64,000 bases of DNA, taken from the NCBI GenBank assembly GCA_001643675.2, contig LSRY02000071.1, forward strand, positions 108,347-172,346. The letters are read 5' to 3'. Positions 36,475 to 48,427 of the stretch are shown here, piece after piece. This stretch comes from Monocercomonoides exilis PA203. Lineage: Eukaryota > Protista > Preaxostyla. A program made the position numbers and the translations under genes. A model generated the notes under the pieces. The model searched no databases. It had not been told where the DNA came from and saw only the letters and a program-made list of their open reading frames with translations. Position 1 is the first letter of the stretch. Every line of letters starts with the position of its first letter.

Positions 36475-39134
36475 ATCCTTCTATTTTTTCAATGTAACAA
36501 TTCATATGATTTTTATTTTTTCATTCATTAGCCAACTGCTTTTGAATGATTTTTCAGACAACAAAGTTTTTCTTTAAAAAAACTTCAGATTTTTCTTTTT
36601 TCATTCTTTTTTTTTTTTAAATGTTATTTACACAGCATTTTTTTATAACAAAATAAAAAAAATCAAACAGTTCCCTTGTTTGAAAGGAAATATGAAATTT
36701 CGGAACAAACTGTTGAAGAACTTCAAAAATGATTTGTTGATGAACAAACAAACAAATGGATAAATGAATGGATGAATGGATGAAAATATGGAAAGGATGA
36801 ATATTACCAGACAAGAGTATTTTCACAGCAACTGATGAATGAAAAAGGAAAACGATAACTTTTTTTTTGTATTTTTGTCAAATAATATCAAACTCTTCTG
36901 ATTTGTCAATCATTCATTTTCATTTTGACAGGGGAAAATAAAAATGAAAACAATTATTCATTGAGAAATCAGGGGAATTAGAAAATGGGCTTTATCGTGA
37001 TTTAAATGAGAAATATTTATCAAAATGAAAAATTAAAATAAAAAAAGAAATCAAAACTTTTTTATTAGAAATGATTATTTTTCATTGATATTTAACTATA
37101 TATCCTTTTTTATATCCACCATAAGGCACTCAATGGCTTTCAAAATCATGATTTCAAAATTAATCACTCATATTGATTTTTTTAGAATTGAATGTTTCTT
37201 TTTTGTTTATTTTGATTTCATTTCTTTTTTACCAAAACAAATTATTCTTTCACAAAACGATGAAAAAGAAGTTTTTGAAATGTGCCAACACCGATTCATT
37301 TGTTCTTTTTATGTTTTTGTTTTCCAATTTCAATTTTGATAGTTTATTTTGATGAGGGAGATTGCTTATCTTATCTCATAAGTTTTCTGTCAAAAATATC
37401 GGTTTGAAATTGAGATTGGGACACTTTGAAATGGACACTTGAAAGTGATAACAGCATTGTGACAGTTCATTATTTGAATTTTTTTGTCTCAAATATAAGG
37501 TTTGTTTGGTTATTGAAATGCTTGGATCGTTTCAACTGAATATTCACAAAACAATCTCGAAAAACTGTGTGATCATCCATTCTCCAAATAATTTTCTGGT
37601 CTCATAAATCATTTTTTATCTTAATCTTAATTATTTCTTTTCATTTGATTCAAAATTTGTGGAATATATTTATTGTCTCATTCATAGAATATTTCTTTTT
37701 GAAAATTCATGAATGTCATTTCAAAAAATAAGTTTGATTGTTTCTTATATTTTGATGATTTTCATATTATAGCATTTCATTAAATCGAAAATATAAAGTT
37801 TGTAAAATACATTGAATGTGCTACTGCAATTTATTGAATGTGTTTGATGAGTTTAATCAAAAACCTTTGAAATAATACAAATAACCTTTTGATTACTTCG
37901 TTTGAGACTTTTCAAAAAGAAATTGAAATAGAATAAGATAATAAATCTAATCCACAAATATTGAACCAAATGAAAAGAAATAATCGAGATCAATATGGAA
38001 AATGATTTTTGAGATCAGAAAATAAATTGGAGAATGGATGATCATACAGCTTTTCGAGATTGACTTGTGAATATTCAGTTGAAGTGATATAGGCTTTTCA
38101 ATAACCAAACAAACCTTATATTTGAGACAAAAAAATTCAAATAATGAACTGTCACAATGCTGTTATCACTTTCAAGTGTCCATTTCAAAGTGTCCCAATC
38201 TCAATTTCAAACCGATATTTTTGACAGAAAACTTATGAGATAAGATAAGCAATCTCCCTCATCAAAATAAACTATCAAAATTGAAATTGGAAAACAAAAA
38301 CATAAAAAGAACAAATGAATCGGTGTTGGCACATTTCAAAAACTTCTTTTTCATCGTTTTGTGAAAGAATAATTTGTTTTGGTAAAAAAGAAATGAAATC
38401 AAAATAAACAAAAAAGAAACATTCAATTCTAAAAAAATCAATATGAGTGATTAATTTTGAAATCATGATTTTGAAAGCCATTGAGTGCCTTATGGTGGAT
38501 ATAAAAAAGGATATATAGTTAAATATCAATGAAAAATAATCATTTCTAATAAAAAAGTTTTGATTTCTTTTTTTATTTTAATTTTTCATTTTGATAAATA
38601 TTTCTCATTTAAATCACGATAAAGCCCATTTTCTAATTCCCCTGATTTCTCAATGAATAATTGTTTTCATTTTTATTTTCCCCTGTCAAAATGAAAATGA
38701 ATGATTGACAAATCAGAAGAGTTTGATATTATTTGACAAAAATACAAAAAAAAGTTATCGTTTTCCTTTTTCATTCATCAGTTGCTGTGAAAATACTCTT
38801 GTCTGGTAATATTCATCCTTTCCATATTTTCATCCATTCATCCATTCATTTATCCATTTGTTTGTTTGTTCATCAACAAATCATTTTTGAAGTTCTTCAA
38901 CAGTTTGTTCCGAAATTTCATATTTCCTTTCAAACAAGGGAACTGTTTGATTTTTTTATTTTGTTATAAAAAAATGCTGTGTAAATAACATTTAAAAAAA
39001 AAAAGAATGAAAAAGAAAAATCTGAAGTTTTTTAAAGAAAAACTTTGTTGTCTGAAAAATCATTCAAAAGCAGTTGGCTAATGAATGAAAAAATAAAAAT
39101 CATATGAATTGTTACATTGAAAAAATAGAAGGAT

Positions 39135-41354
39135 TCAACAAAGAAACTTGTCCACTTTTTGTTTTTGCAAAACATCGAAAATGGCAAAATAATTCGAATA
39201 CTCTTTTTTTTCAAAGAAAAAATAAATCGTTGATGTTCCATCAAATAAGTCGCCTTTCTTCCTTTCCTTTTCACAAATAAACCCGATTTTCTGCTCCTCG
39301 ATAAAACAGGAGATTTCGAGTTTTGCAGCAGTGATGGCGCTTATTTTATGTGGGTTGCACGGGTTGCAGCAAAACAGAAACAAAATCGCAACGCACCTAT
39401 GATTTTTTATTCTTCCCTCCAAATTCACATGTGACCAAAAATTCATCTCAGAATCACCCTTCCCAAACATACAACCACTCTGCTCCCCTTCTGTTCTCGT
39501 GCTCATCATCCCGAACGTCTCTCCTGCCTTCACACTCTTTGCCACAACCACCCCATCTCCTTCAGTCAACTTCACATTCGTCACTTTCACATTCACCAGC
39601 ACGCTGTCTCCTGATGCTGTGGCTGTCAGATACAGTGCAGATGAAGACAATGAAGAAGAAGAAGAAGGAGAAGATGGATCCGGCTCAGAGAACAACGGTT
39701 TTGAGACATTCATATTTATGATCTCCACATCAACCATCGACAGCTGTGACAGCGGCACCACAAACACTGACGACGACATCACATAGTTTCCTGAAGAAAC
39801 ACTCGTGGTGATCACAACATCCTCCAACGAGAGTGACCCACTCCCATCAGACACCACAACCACACTCGGCATAGAAGGACTTAAATTTGAGTTACAATCA
39901 ACCTTCATGTGCAATAAGCCAAGATGACCTGTCGAAACACTGAACAGCGTTCCTCCCGATGAAAGGGCTCCTGTTCCAATCGAACTCTTATCTTTGCCTG
40001 TCCCAATGACTGAAATCTTCTTTGTCCCAATCTCAATTGTTGTTGCCTCGCTTGTGTGATTCCCATCCATTAATGTGATTGCCAAGCTTATCTGCACCTC
40101 ACACATCTCAAACGCCTTCTTCACCGTTTTGCACGGATTTGATTCATTTGCCCCACACAGCGGAGATGCATCATTTCCATTCACCGAAACATATAACGTT
40201 TTATCTTTCAACCAATCCTTCTTTTCTGTGTGTTGAAATAGCCAGCTACTTCCCGTGTAATTATATCCATAACATACCCTCCTACTATCTGTATTCGTTG
40301 TGTAACATTCATGAAATGGATTTCCAGATAACTTAAAAAAATCATAACGATCATAAAAATGAACATCGTGGCCATAAGGAGGATTGGCCGAGCATTTGCA
40401 TTCATGAAAGAACAAAAAATAACAATAGAATGCGTTATTTAGATCTGTTTGTCTATTTGGATTAAAATATAATCCTCCTCCATATGAAAATGCCGAACAT
40501 GAAATAAACTGAATGCTCCTCATTTTGAATGCAGCAGGAACAGTAGCACAACACATACCTCCACCTTGTGTACTTGAGATTGAGCATGAAGTGAAACTGC
40601 AGTCAAACACACACGCACTTTCACCTTCTCCATTTTCTGCTTCAATGCATCCTGTTCTTGAAACCTGAAAATCATTAAGATAAAGCCCTCCTCCATTATA
40701 AACTGCTTTGCAATTCTGAAATTCGCACTCGCTGATCCGAGCACATGCTGAAATTGATAGAATAAATATTCCGCCCCCTTCTTGATTTTGAGCTGTGCAT
40801 GCATTGAATGAATTGTTCTCTATTTTAACTTCTTTTATGCTTGCACACATTATTCCCCCGCCCCGACTGTATGCAACGCATCCATTGAACGCACAATGAG
40901 AAACAGACACAGAAGCGTTTGATTGACCGTACATGCAGATAGCCCCTCCACTTGACTCCCCATCGGTGTATGAATTCTCTTTTCCTGTTGTCTTCGACCC
41001 ATCCCATTCACACCAAGTGAATGAATTAGCTCCATTGAATGTTTCATTCTGTCTGTCTGGTTTCAATGGTACCTCTGCATTTCCTTCACATACAACGTTT
41101 CTTGTCCGACAACACCCAACAAATGAGGTGTTTGAGGCTGTCAGAGAGGCATAGGGGTTGTTGAGGGAATGAACAATCCCTCCATCATACCCATTGCAAA
41201 CTGATGAGAACGAGCAACTGTTCATAAAATATGTAGCTTGGGTTGATGTAGTTGCTGGGGACGGACAATCTGAAGATGCTGTTAAAATGTTGAAAAAAAA
41301 ATGAGTTTGGAGAGGGAAGCAAAGGATATCGAGGGAGTTAAGAGGAATGGGCAA
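39135..41354 (-). CDS. Cassette C10 (mirror of C9)
   Basis: 739-aa ORF; only one amino-acid difference from C9 seen (LEGG/LEGR). Confidence 0.8.
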   Translation of the reverse strand: MPIPLNSLDILCFPLQTHFFFNILTASSDCPSPATTSTQATYFMNSCSFSSVCNGYDGGIVHSLNNPYASLTASNTSFVGCCRTRNVVCEGNAEVPLKPDRQNETFNGANSFTWCEWDGSKTTGKENSYTDGESSGGAICMYGQSNASVSVSHCAFNGCVAYSRGGGIMCASIKEVKIENNSFNACTAQNQEGGGIFILSISACARISECEFQNCKAVYNGGGLYLNDFQVSRTGCIEAENGEGESACVFDCSFTSCSISSTQGGGMCCATVPAAFKMRSIQFISCSAFSYGGGLYFNPNRQTDLNNAFYCYFLFFHECKCSANPPYGHDVHFYDRYDFFKLSGNPFHECYTTNTDSRRVCYGYNYTGSSWLFQHTEKKDWLKDKTLYVSVNGNDASPLCGANESNPCKTVKKAFEMCEVQISLAITLMDGNHTSEATTIEIGTKKISVIGTGKDKSSIGTGALSSGGTLFSVSTGHLGLLHMKVDCNSNLSPSMPSVVVVSDGSGSLSLEDVVITTSVSSGNYVMSSSVFVVPLSQLSMVDVEIINMNVSKPLFSEPDPSSPSSSSSLSSSALYLTATASGDSVLVNVKVTNVKLTEGDGVVVAKSVKAGETFGMMSTRTEGEQSGCMFGKGDSEMNFWSHVNLEGRIKNHRCVAILFLFCCNPCNPHKISAITAAKLEISCFIEEQKIGFICEKERKKGDLFDGTSTIYFFFEKKEYSNYFAIFDVLQKQKVDKFLC

Positions 41355-42413
41355 AAAGAGAAGAGGTGTGATTCATTCACAATAATTCTTCCTTTCTCTT
41401 CACCCATTTACTATGTGCTTCTCTTGTATCTATCCGCAATTTTGTAATAAACTCGGAAAAGATCAAATTCCATTTTCCTGCCTCTTTTGCACCTTCTGAA
41501 AAGTTTTTTGTAAAATAATAGAAATGAATCTTTCCCTTCAGCACCTCAAAATGGAAATGTATTCCAACATTCTTCGCCATCTGTCTTTTCCCTAAAATCT
41601 CTTTTTCTTCTGTTTCCATATTCCGCCTTCTTTTCAAATTCTATTCGCTTTCATCTCTTATAAATGCGATCGCAAAAATCAAAATTCATAAAAATAATTA
41701 TAAAAATTAAGAAAAATAATAAAAATTGAAAATAAGAAATTAAAGGATATAGAAAAATTTAAAAGAAAAATAAAAAAAATTAAAAAAAAAATTAATTAAA
41801 ATAAATCATGTCATGAGCTTTTTGATAATGAATTTTCTTCACACATTTTTTCTAAATCATCGGCTCTTCTTCATATCCTCTTCCTCTCTAAATATTTCTC
41901 TGTACTGCCTACAAAACTCGTTTGCTTCGCCTTCGCTGCCTAAATAACTGCTAATAACTTCGCTTCCCTTCTTCCTCCTAAAAATATAGCCAAATTCCGG
42001 TCCTCGGCTTCGCTTTTGCTCAAATAACTCCGCCAACTTCATTCCAAAAAAAGAGACGAAGAAGAGGAGGAAGAGGCGAAAATGATAGTGACCAAGAAGT
42101 CGAAGAAGAGAGAGATGACACGACAACGAAGATAAAATATGTGTGTATGCAATAAAATTTGCTGATGCGGTGCAAATGAAAACAATGATGCCTAATACGA
42201 AGATGAAGAAAACGATGAGGCTGAAGGTGGAGAAAATGCTTTAGAGATCTTTAATGTCGGACATTTTCTGTCGAAGATGGCCTCAGCATCGCAGCCTCGT
42301 TCTCTGCTCCTGTGGATAACGCTTCGATGACATAAGGCTAAGGCAAGCGTTAAAATAGTTAAGATCCATTTTGCTTTTCATCCGCTTCCGGCTGCTTCTA
42401 TGATGCCGAACTG

Positions 42414-43875
42414 GGCAAGTGCATACTTAACCTTACATGAAATTTTTTAAATATTTTTTATCAAAACAATAAAAAATATTATTACAAGCAATTATCAATT
42501 CAAATTAGCAGCGGAAAATTGTATATAAAAAATGAAATATTTTTTGAAAAGATCAAAAATACCATAATTAAAATTTTTCATTTGGGCACAAAATATGGAA
42601 ATTTTGTTAATATGAGGATTTATAACAAAAATAATCGAATGTTTATTAATTATTTTTTCACCCATGTCTCTAGTTCCTGATAAGAAATCAGATGTTGCTG
42701 ATTATAACAAGCTTTTTCAAGATTTAGAAAAGAGTTGGGAGTGGTTCATTCATATTATCAACTTAAATGAAACGAAAAAATGTCCATCTTGCAGAAGATA
42801 CATGAAACTTACAACAGTTGATGAAACAAATCGATCATGGAGATGTTCAGCATGTAACAAATTCATTTCATATTTGAAGGAGACATCTTTTTATCGAAGT
42901 CATATCAAATTCAACTCAATATTTCTTATTCTTTTGCATTTCTGGCTGAAAATTCGAATTGATCAATGCTCATATATGACTGGAGTTGGTCGAAATACAG
43001 TCGGTTATTGGTATTCTGTTGCAAGAGCATCAATTGGAATTCGAATGTCGAGTGTGAGGTTTGCTCTTGGAGGAGAAGGATGCATTGTGGAAATAGATGA
43101 GGCAATTCTGAGAAAAAGAAAATTTCACAAAGGGAAAAAGAAGAAACAAATATGGCTTTTTGGTTCAGTGGAAAGAAAAGAAAATGATGAAATTGGAAAA
43201 TGTTTAATAATCAGAGTTCCAAACAGAAAAAAGGAGACTCTGATTCCCATCATTGAAGCCAACATCCAGAAAGGAACAACGATTTACAGTGATGAGTGGG
43301 GCGCATATAAATGCTTGAATGAATTAGGTTACAAACATCAGACAGTTTGCCACAAATACGAATTCAAAAATACAGAAACAGGAGTATGCACAAATTTGAT
43401 AGAAGGTTGTTGGTCTCATTTCAGAAGATCATTGCCTCCATGTGGAATCAAAGAAAAGTTCATTGATGATTTTATTGCTTCATTTTTGCTTCAACGAGAA
43501 AAAGATATGCTATTCCCAGAGTTTGTGAGGAATGTTACTAATTTCAAACCTACTGAAGCTGCATTTCCCCATGACTATGATGATGGAGAAGGAGACGATG
43601 AAGCAGATGTTCCCCAAATTGAGCAGGAAGCAGTTGAAATTCATGAAGATGATTATGACGATCCATAAGATGGAGCAGATGCTAGTGAATATTCTGAATC
43701 TTAACATTTTTGATCATATTAAATAATTATTTTTTTATTTTTTCATACACTTTTTTAATTGAAATAACTAAAACCCGCAATTATTAACATGTTATTTATG
43801 CATTACAACAATTAATTAATAAAACCAAAGTCGTTTGAATCATTTTTGGCTTGTAAGGTAAAGTGAGCATATGCC
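42414..43875 (+). mobile_element. Merlin-superfamily (IS1595/IS1016-related) DNA transposon, 1,462 bp, apparently autonomous
   Basis: 8-bp TSD CCGAACTG (42406-42413 and 43876-43883). Imperfect 24-bp TIRs starting GGCA (19/24 match). Empty site with a single CAGTTCGG at 33196-33203 in the other arm. Confidence 0.93.
42664..43668 (+). CDS. ISXO2-like / DDE_Tnp_IS1595 (Merlin) transposase
   Basis: 334 aa with ATG start; N-terminal CPSC..CSAC Zn ribbon; motifs VEIDE, IYSDEWGAY, H.TVCH, TNLIEGCWS; acidic tail. Confidence 0.92.
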   Translation: MSLVPDKKSDVADYNKLFQDLEKSWEWFIHIINLNETKKCPSCRRYMKLTTVDETNRSWRCSACNKFISYLKETSFYRSHIKFNSIFLILLHFWLKIRIDQCSYMTGVGRNTVGYWYSVARASIGIRMSSVRFALGGEGCIVEIDEAILRKRKFHKGKKKKQIWLFGSVERKENDEIGKCLIIRVPNRKKETLIPIIEANIQKGTTIYSDEWGAYKCLNELGYKHQTVCHKYEFKNTETGVCTNLIEGCWSHFRRSLPPCGIKEKFIDDFIASFLLQREKDMLFPEFVRNVTNFKPTEAAFPHDYDDGEGDDEADVPQIEQEAVEIHEDDYDDP

Positions 43876-45997
43876 CCGAACTGCCAAATATTCTCGTATT
43901 TTCGACTTTCAAGCTAAGCAATGAAAAGTAGTTCCACACCTTTTCTCAGTCCGTAAAAATATTGTCTTGTCCTTATCAACCCAAGAAAATCCATTCGTCC
44001 AGCAACAACCGCCAATCTCCTGTTTCAGCCACTTGTCTCCATTTTCCATTCAATGCATCCACTCCAATCCCTCCAACAAATTTTCTGAAAATGTCTTCTT
44101 TCTCTTTTTTAAAAAAAGGCAGCCTTTTCAGAAAAATTGGTCACACTTCCTTCTTGTCTTTGGCATTTTCCGACTCCATGAATTTCTGCTCCATCAAAAC
44201 TCGTTTTTCGTTGCATTTCGACCCATTGCATGTTGAGTCAAAAATAACTGTGAAAATTTTCGTTAAAAAAAGCCTTCATGTTTTAATATCTGCTATTTTT
44301 AAGATAATGTTTGGCTTCCTTCCCTGTTGTTCTCCTCTTCATTAATAAAAAAAATAAATTGACTTATAATATAAATTGTCCGAATCATGACTTGGGGAAG
44401 GATACGGATGAAAATATCTTCACATTATATAGAATTATCAGAAATACATATATCCCGTGATATATATTATATTTTCAAAGCATCGGTGCTCCATGCCCTT
44501 TCTTGAACAAAAAATCACTTCATATCTTTCCAAATTCAACACCAGTCCCAGTCGCACAAGGCGCCTTCAAAAACAATAATTTAGCAAATCCACCATAAAA
44601 TATTATTGTCTGATGCCCTCCCATTAACAAAGGTAGTTTTCAGTTTTTTCTTTTTTTCAAAATTGTGACGATCGTATGCATAATTAAAGACTGGAATAGA
44701 CAAATTGTATTTTTCTCGGTACACTCCGAGTACTGACGCAAAGGCCGGCAGATGTGCAATGACGGATGTTATTTGCATTACGGCGAGGTGGTTGCGGGTG
44801 TTTTGAATTTGAAAGGGCGTTGGTGTCGGGGATGTTGGCTAATTCGATAATTGGGATTGTTTTGTGTGTTTTTTTGGGGAGAGTTGTGGAGATGAAGGGA
44901 GGACAAGAGGAAAGAAAAATTTTAGAAGATGAGGATGTTTTGCCTTTTGCTTTCAGCAGGTTGTTAGAATGTGTTTGCTATGTTTTTTGATTCTTGTGGT
45001 TTGTTGTGGATAATGTGTATTGTGGGCAGTAACGGTGGTGGCAGTGTTGCGCATTGAGGATGAAATGGATGCTAGCAGAAGAGGGTTGGTTGGGGAAGTG
45101 TGATATTTTAGAGAGAGAGAAATGGAAAATTACAATATGAAAAAATGAAATAAATCAATAGAGGAATGAAAGGGAGGAGGGGAAAAGGCGAAGAGGCAAT
45201 AGAAAGATGAAGGCTGTGGAAGTGTCGGAAATTGGCAGCAGGAGAGGGGAGCAGATGGGATGAGAAGGAAAGAGCAAAGGAAGATGGCAGAAAAATGGGG
45301 TGAATGATGGCTGAGAGAGGTGACATCTTGGGGGTTTTGGTGTTGCTGCGATGAAGCAAATGGGCAAGGTGTGGGCCGCGTGCTTTGCTGGAGGAAGGGA
45401 GAGTTGAGCGGAAAGGACAGGGAAGAGGAGGGAAGGGAAGCGGAAGGGGGGCAGTTATCATTTCTGGATGTTGACACATGAGGTGTGTGTGAATTCGATA
45501 TTTATTTGTTTATTTGTTTTTTGTTTGTTTGTTTATGGTTTTATTTTCAAAGAGATATGTGCTTTTTGTGAAAATGATTGACAAAAGTGAAGATTGATCT
45601 GGCGCGATGAGAGGATAGCACGAAATAGCATTGGAAGCATTGAGAAGTGACAGGGCTGGGAGGTCTGTTTGCGAGGTGAAGAACGGAGGAAGCAATGCTG
45701 AACAGGCTGGGGCTGGCAAGAAAAGAAGAGGAAGGAGAAGAGGAAGATTGCAAAAAGAAAGAGGTACAGTTTATTTATTAATTTTTATTTTTATAAAAAT
45801 ACTTTGTTTTTTAATTTCATATTTTTTTATATTGAAATATATTTATTTTCGTTGTCTGTTATTTTTCTTTATATTTTTTTCTGTTTTTTTATTGATACTG
45901 GAGCCCTTGCATGTGTTCAAAATATATGCGAGAAAATTGAATTTGGAAAGAAGACAGGAAATGACAACAGAAGAAAAAGAGATTCTGTGGAAAACAG

Positions 45998-47677
45998 TTG
46001 ACAAATAATATTGGAGTTCCGTTTCCATTTGGTGGCACTGAAGAAAAAAGATGCTTTTCTCTTATGGATATCCCTTTGAGAAGCAGCGGAAGAGGCGGGA
46101 AGAGGGATTTTGAATTTATTAAATATTTTGCCAGATTGCTCCAAGAGGCAGAGGAAGAGAAGACAGCGTCGAAGATAGTATTTTTGTGTGTGAGTTGCAC
46201 TTCTCTTCTTTTTGCCAATTTTTTATCATCTCCCTCTTCACCCCTTATATCTCTTTCTCATTTGACATTTTTCAACATATCAACAGCAAATGAGGCATGT
46301 TCACCTTCAACCACAATGTCAACCCAAGCTACATGTCTGATGAGCAGCTGCTCATTTACGTCTGTTTGTGATGCATATGATGGCGGGATTGTCCCTTCCA
46401 TCAACAATCCCTTTACCTCTCTGACAGCTTCAAACACCTCTTTTATTAAATGTTGTCGGGCAAGGAATGTTTTATGTGAAGGAACTTCAGATGGAAAGTT
46501 GACTCCAGAGAGGCAAAATACAACAGATAATGGAGCGAATAAATTTGTTTGGTGTGAATGGAATGGATCGAAGACGACAGGAGAAAGTGACTCGTATGCT
46601 GATGGAATATCGAGTGGAGGTGCAATTTGGATGTACAACAAGGGAAATGGAGAGCTCTCTGTTTCACGTTGTCTGTTTAATAATTGCTTTGCATACAGCC
46701 GTGGAGGTGGAATTATGTGCAACACAATCAATTCTGTGTATATCGAAAATAATGTGTTCAATGCGTGTACAGCTCAAAACCAACATGGAGGCGGAATGTA
46801 TGCCAGCTCTATTTCATCATGTGCTCGGATCAGTGATTGTGAATTCCGGAATTGCAAGGCATCAAGCTATGGAGGAGGATTAATATTGCAATCATTTCAG
46901 GTATCTGGAACAGGATGCATTGAAACAGAAAGTGGAGAAGGGGAAAGTGCGTGTGTGTTTGACTGCAATTTCACTTCATGCTCGGTTGTTAATTCTGTTG
47001 GTGGAGGGATGTGGTGTAACACTGTTCCAGTTGCATTCAAAATGAGGAGCATACAGTTCATTTCATGTTCGGCGCGACAAGAGGGAGGAGGATTATGCTT
47101 CAGACCAGAAAAAACAGAAAAACCAGTCAATGGAACTTATTGTTATTTTTTGTTCTTTCATGAATGCAATTGCAGGGATGCAACTAATCCATACGGGCAT
47201 GATGTTGAGTATGTCGATACATACAATCTGTATTTGGGTTCAGGAAATCCGTTTCATGAATGTTACACCACAAACACAAACGATAAGAGGATCTGCTTTG
47301 CATTCAATTATGCTGATGCAGGTGCTTGGTCATATCAACACACAGAAAAGATGGATTGGCTAAAGGATAAGACGATATATGTTTCTGTTGGTGGAGATGA
47401 TAATTTTGAGTTGTGTGGGTCAAATGAATCAAATCCGTGTCTGACAGTGAAGAAAGCGTTTGAGATGTGTGAGGTGCAGATAAGCTTGTCAGTCACGATG
47501 ATGGAAGGGAATCACACAAGCGAAGCAACAACGATTGATATTGGATCAAAGAAGATTTCGGTCATTGGGAAAGGGAGGACGGAGAGTTCGATTGGAACAG
47601 AAGCTGTTTTTCCCTTATTCAACAATTTTCATCTTCTTCCTCTTCTTCGCTTTCTTCGTTATTCTCGTCAATTTTAA
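45998..47677 (+). CDS. Cassette C11 (mirror of C8) carrying its own unique variable segment and module B
   Basis: 559-aa ORF, TTG start; 47065-47498 differs from the mirror copy. Confidence 0.85.
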   Translation: MTNNIGVPFPFGGTEEKRCFSLMDIPLRSSGRGGKRDFEFIKYFARLLQEAEEEKTASKIVFLCVSCTSLLFANFLSSPSSPLISLSHLTFFNISTANEACSPSTTMSTQATCLMSSCSFTSVCDAYDGGIVPSINNPFTSLTASNTSFIKCCRARNVLCEGTSDGKLTPERQNTTDNGANKFVWCEWNGSKTTGESDSYADGISSGGAIWMYNKGNGELSVSRCLFNNCFAYSRGGGIMCNTINSVYIENNVFNACTAQNQHGGGMYASSISSCARISDCEFRNCKASSYGGGLILQSFQVSGTGCIETESGEGESACVFDCNFTSCSVVNSVGGGMWCNTVPVAFKMRSIQFISCSARQEGGGLCFRPEKTEKPVNGTYCYFLFFHECNCRDATNPYGHDVEYVDTYNLYLGSGNPFHECYTTNTNDKRICFAFNYADAGAWSYQHTEKMDWLKDKTIYVSVGGDDNFELCGSNESNPCLTVKKAFEMCEVQISLSVTMMEGNHTSEATTIDIGSKKISVIGKGRTESSIGTEAVFPLFNNFHLLPLLRFLRYSRQF

Positions 47678-48427
47678 ACATTTTGGTTGCATGAATTGTT
47701 CGAGTGCGAGCGAAGCTGAGATTGGAAATGAGCACAATTTTGGAGCAGAAGAGAAGCAATGCTATTGGCTGTGATACTGGCAGCTGAGACATAGCAGATG
47801 GGTTTTGCAAGCAGAAAGGAGCAATATTTTGAAAGACAAAAGATGATGATGAAGAAGAATATGTAAATGAAGTGTGATTATTTTTGAAGCTCATGAAATA
47901 AAAATGTTTCTTTTTCAATTTTTCTTTTTCAATTTTTCAAATATTTTCTTTTAATGATATTGGAATGTTTGCACAAATTCCCAATGCCAATGCACTCGCA
48001 AGGAATATGGAAAGATGGCGTTTTGACATTTTTGCTCAGCAAAAGGTTCAACGGTTTTTGTATAGATAAAGGAAAATGCGGGCTCAACAATGGAAACGAA
48101 TAGAAGAGGAGTCCTTTTATTGCTTTGTGAGGCATATAGTGCAATCATGCCAAAAGAAAAGAGAAAAAAAGAAAAAAACTGATGAAATGACAGAAGAAGG
48201 AGTCTGACGAGAGATTGAGAAGAAGAAATATTTTTTTTGGAACTTCGATTGAAAGAGAAAGTTTTATGAAAATCTGTGAATGAGAAGAAAGAAGGGAAAG
48301 AGAAGATGGATTATATGATTTTGAGGGATGCTTGAGGAAAAATAGAAAGAAAGAAGAAGAGGAAGAAATATTTATATGAGAGAGTTGTGGAACTCATCAG
48401 TTGAGATGAAGAGGGCAGGGCTGGTGG

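Larger units (their letters stand above)
22750..37518 (+). repeat. Palindrome P2, left high-identity arm (~14.8 kb); a more diverged continuation reaches ~15.1 kb
   Basis: Mirror ORF sums are ~75610 inside the Merlin insertion, ~77080 beyond it and ~77320 beyond the 240-bp MITE. The steps match the insertion sizes. Confidence 0.95.

Noticed and set aside
43666-43704. TAA/TAG=Gln alternative genetic code (known in some oxymonads), suggested by read-through of the transposase tail
   Set aside because: Thousands of cassette and transposase codons use CAA/CAG with no internal TAA/TAG, so the standard code fits.
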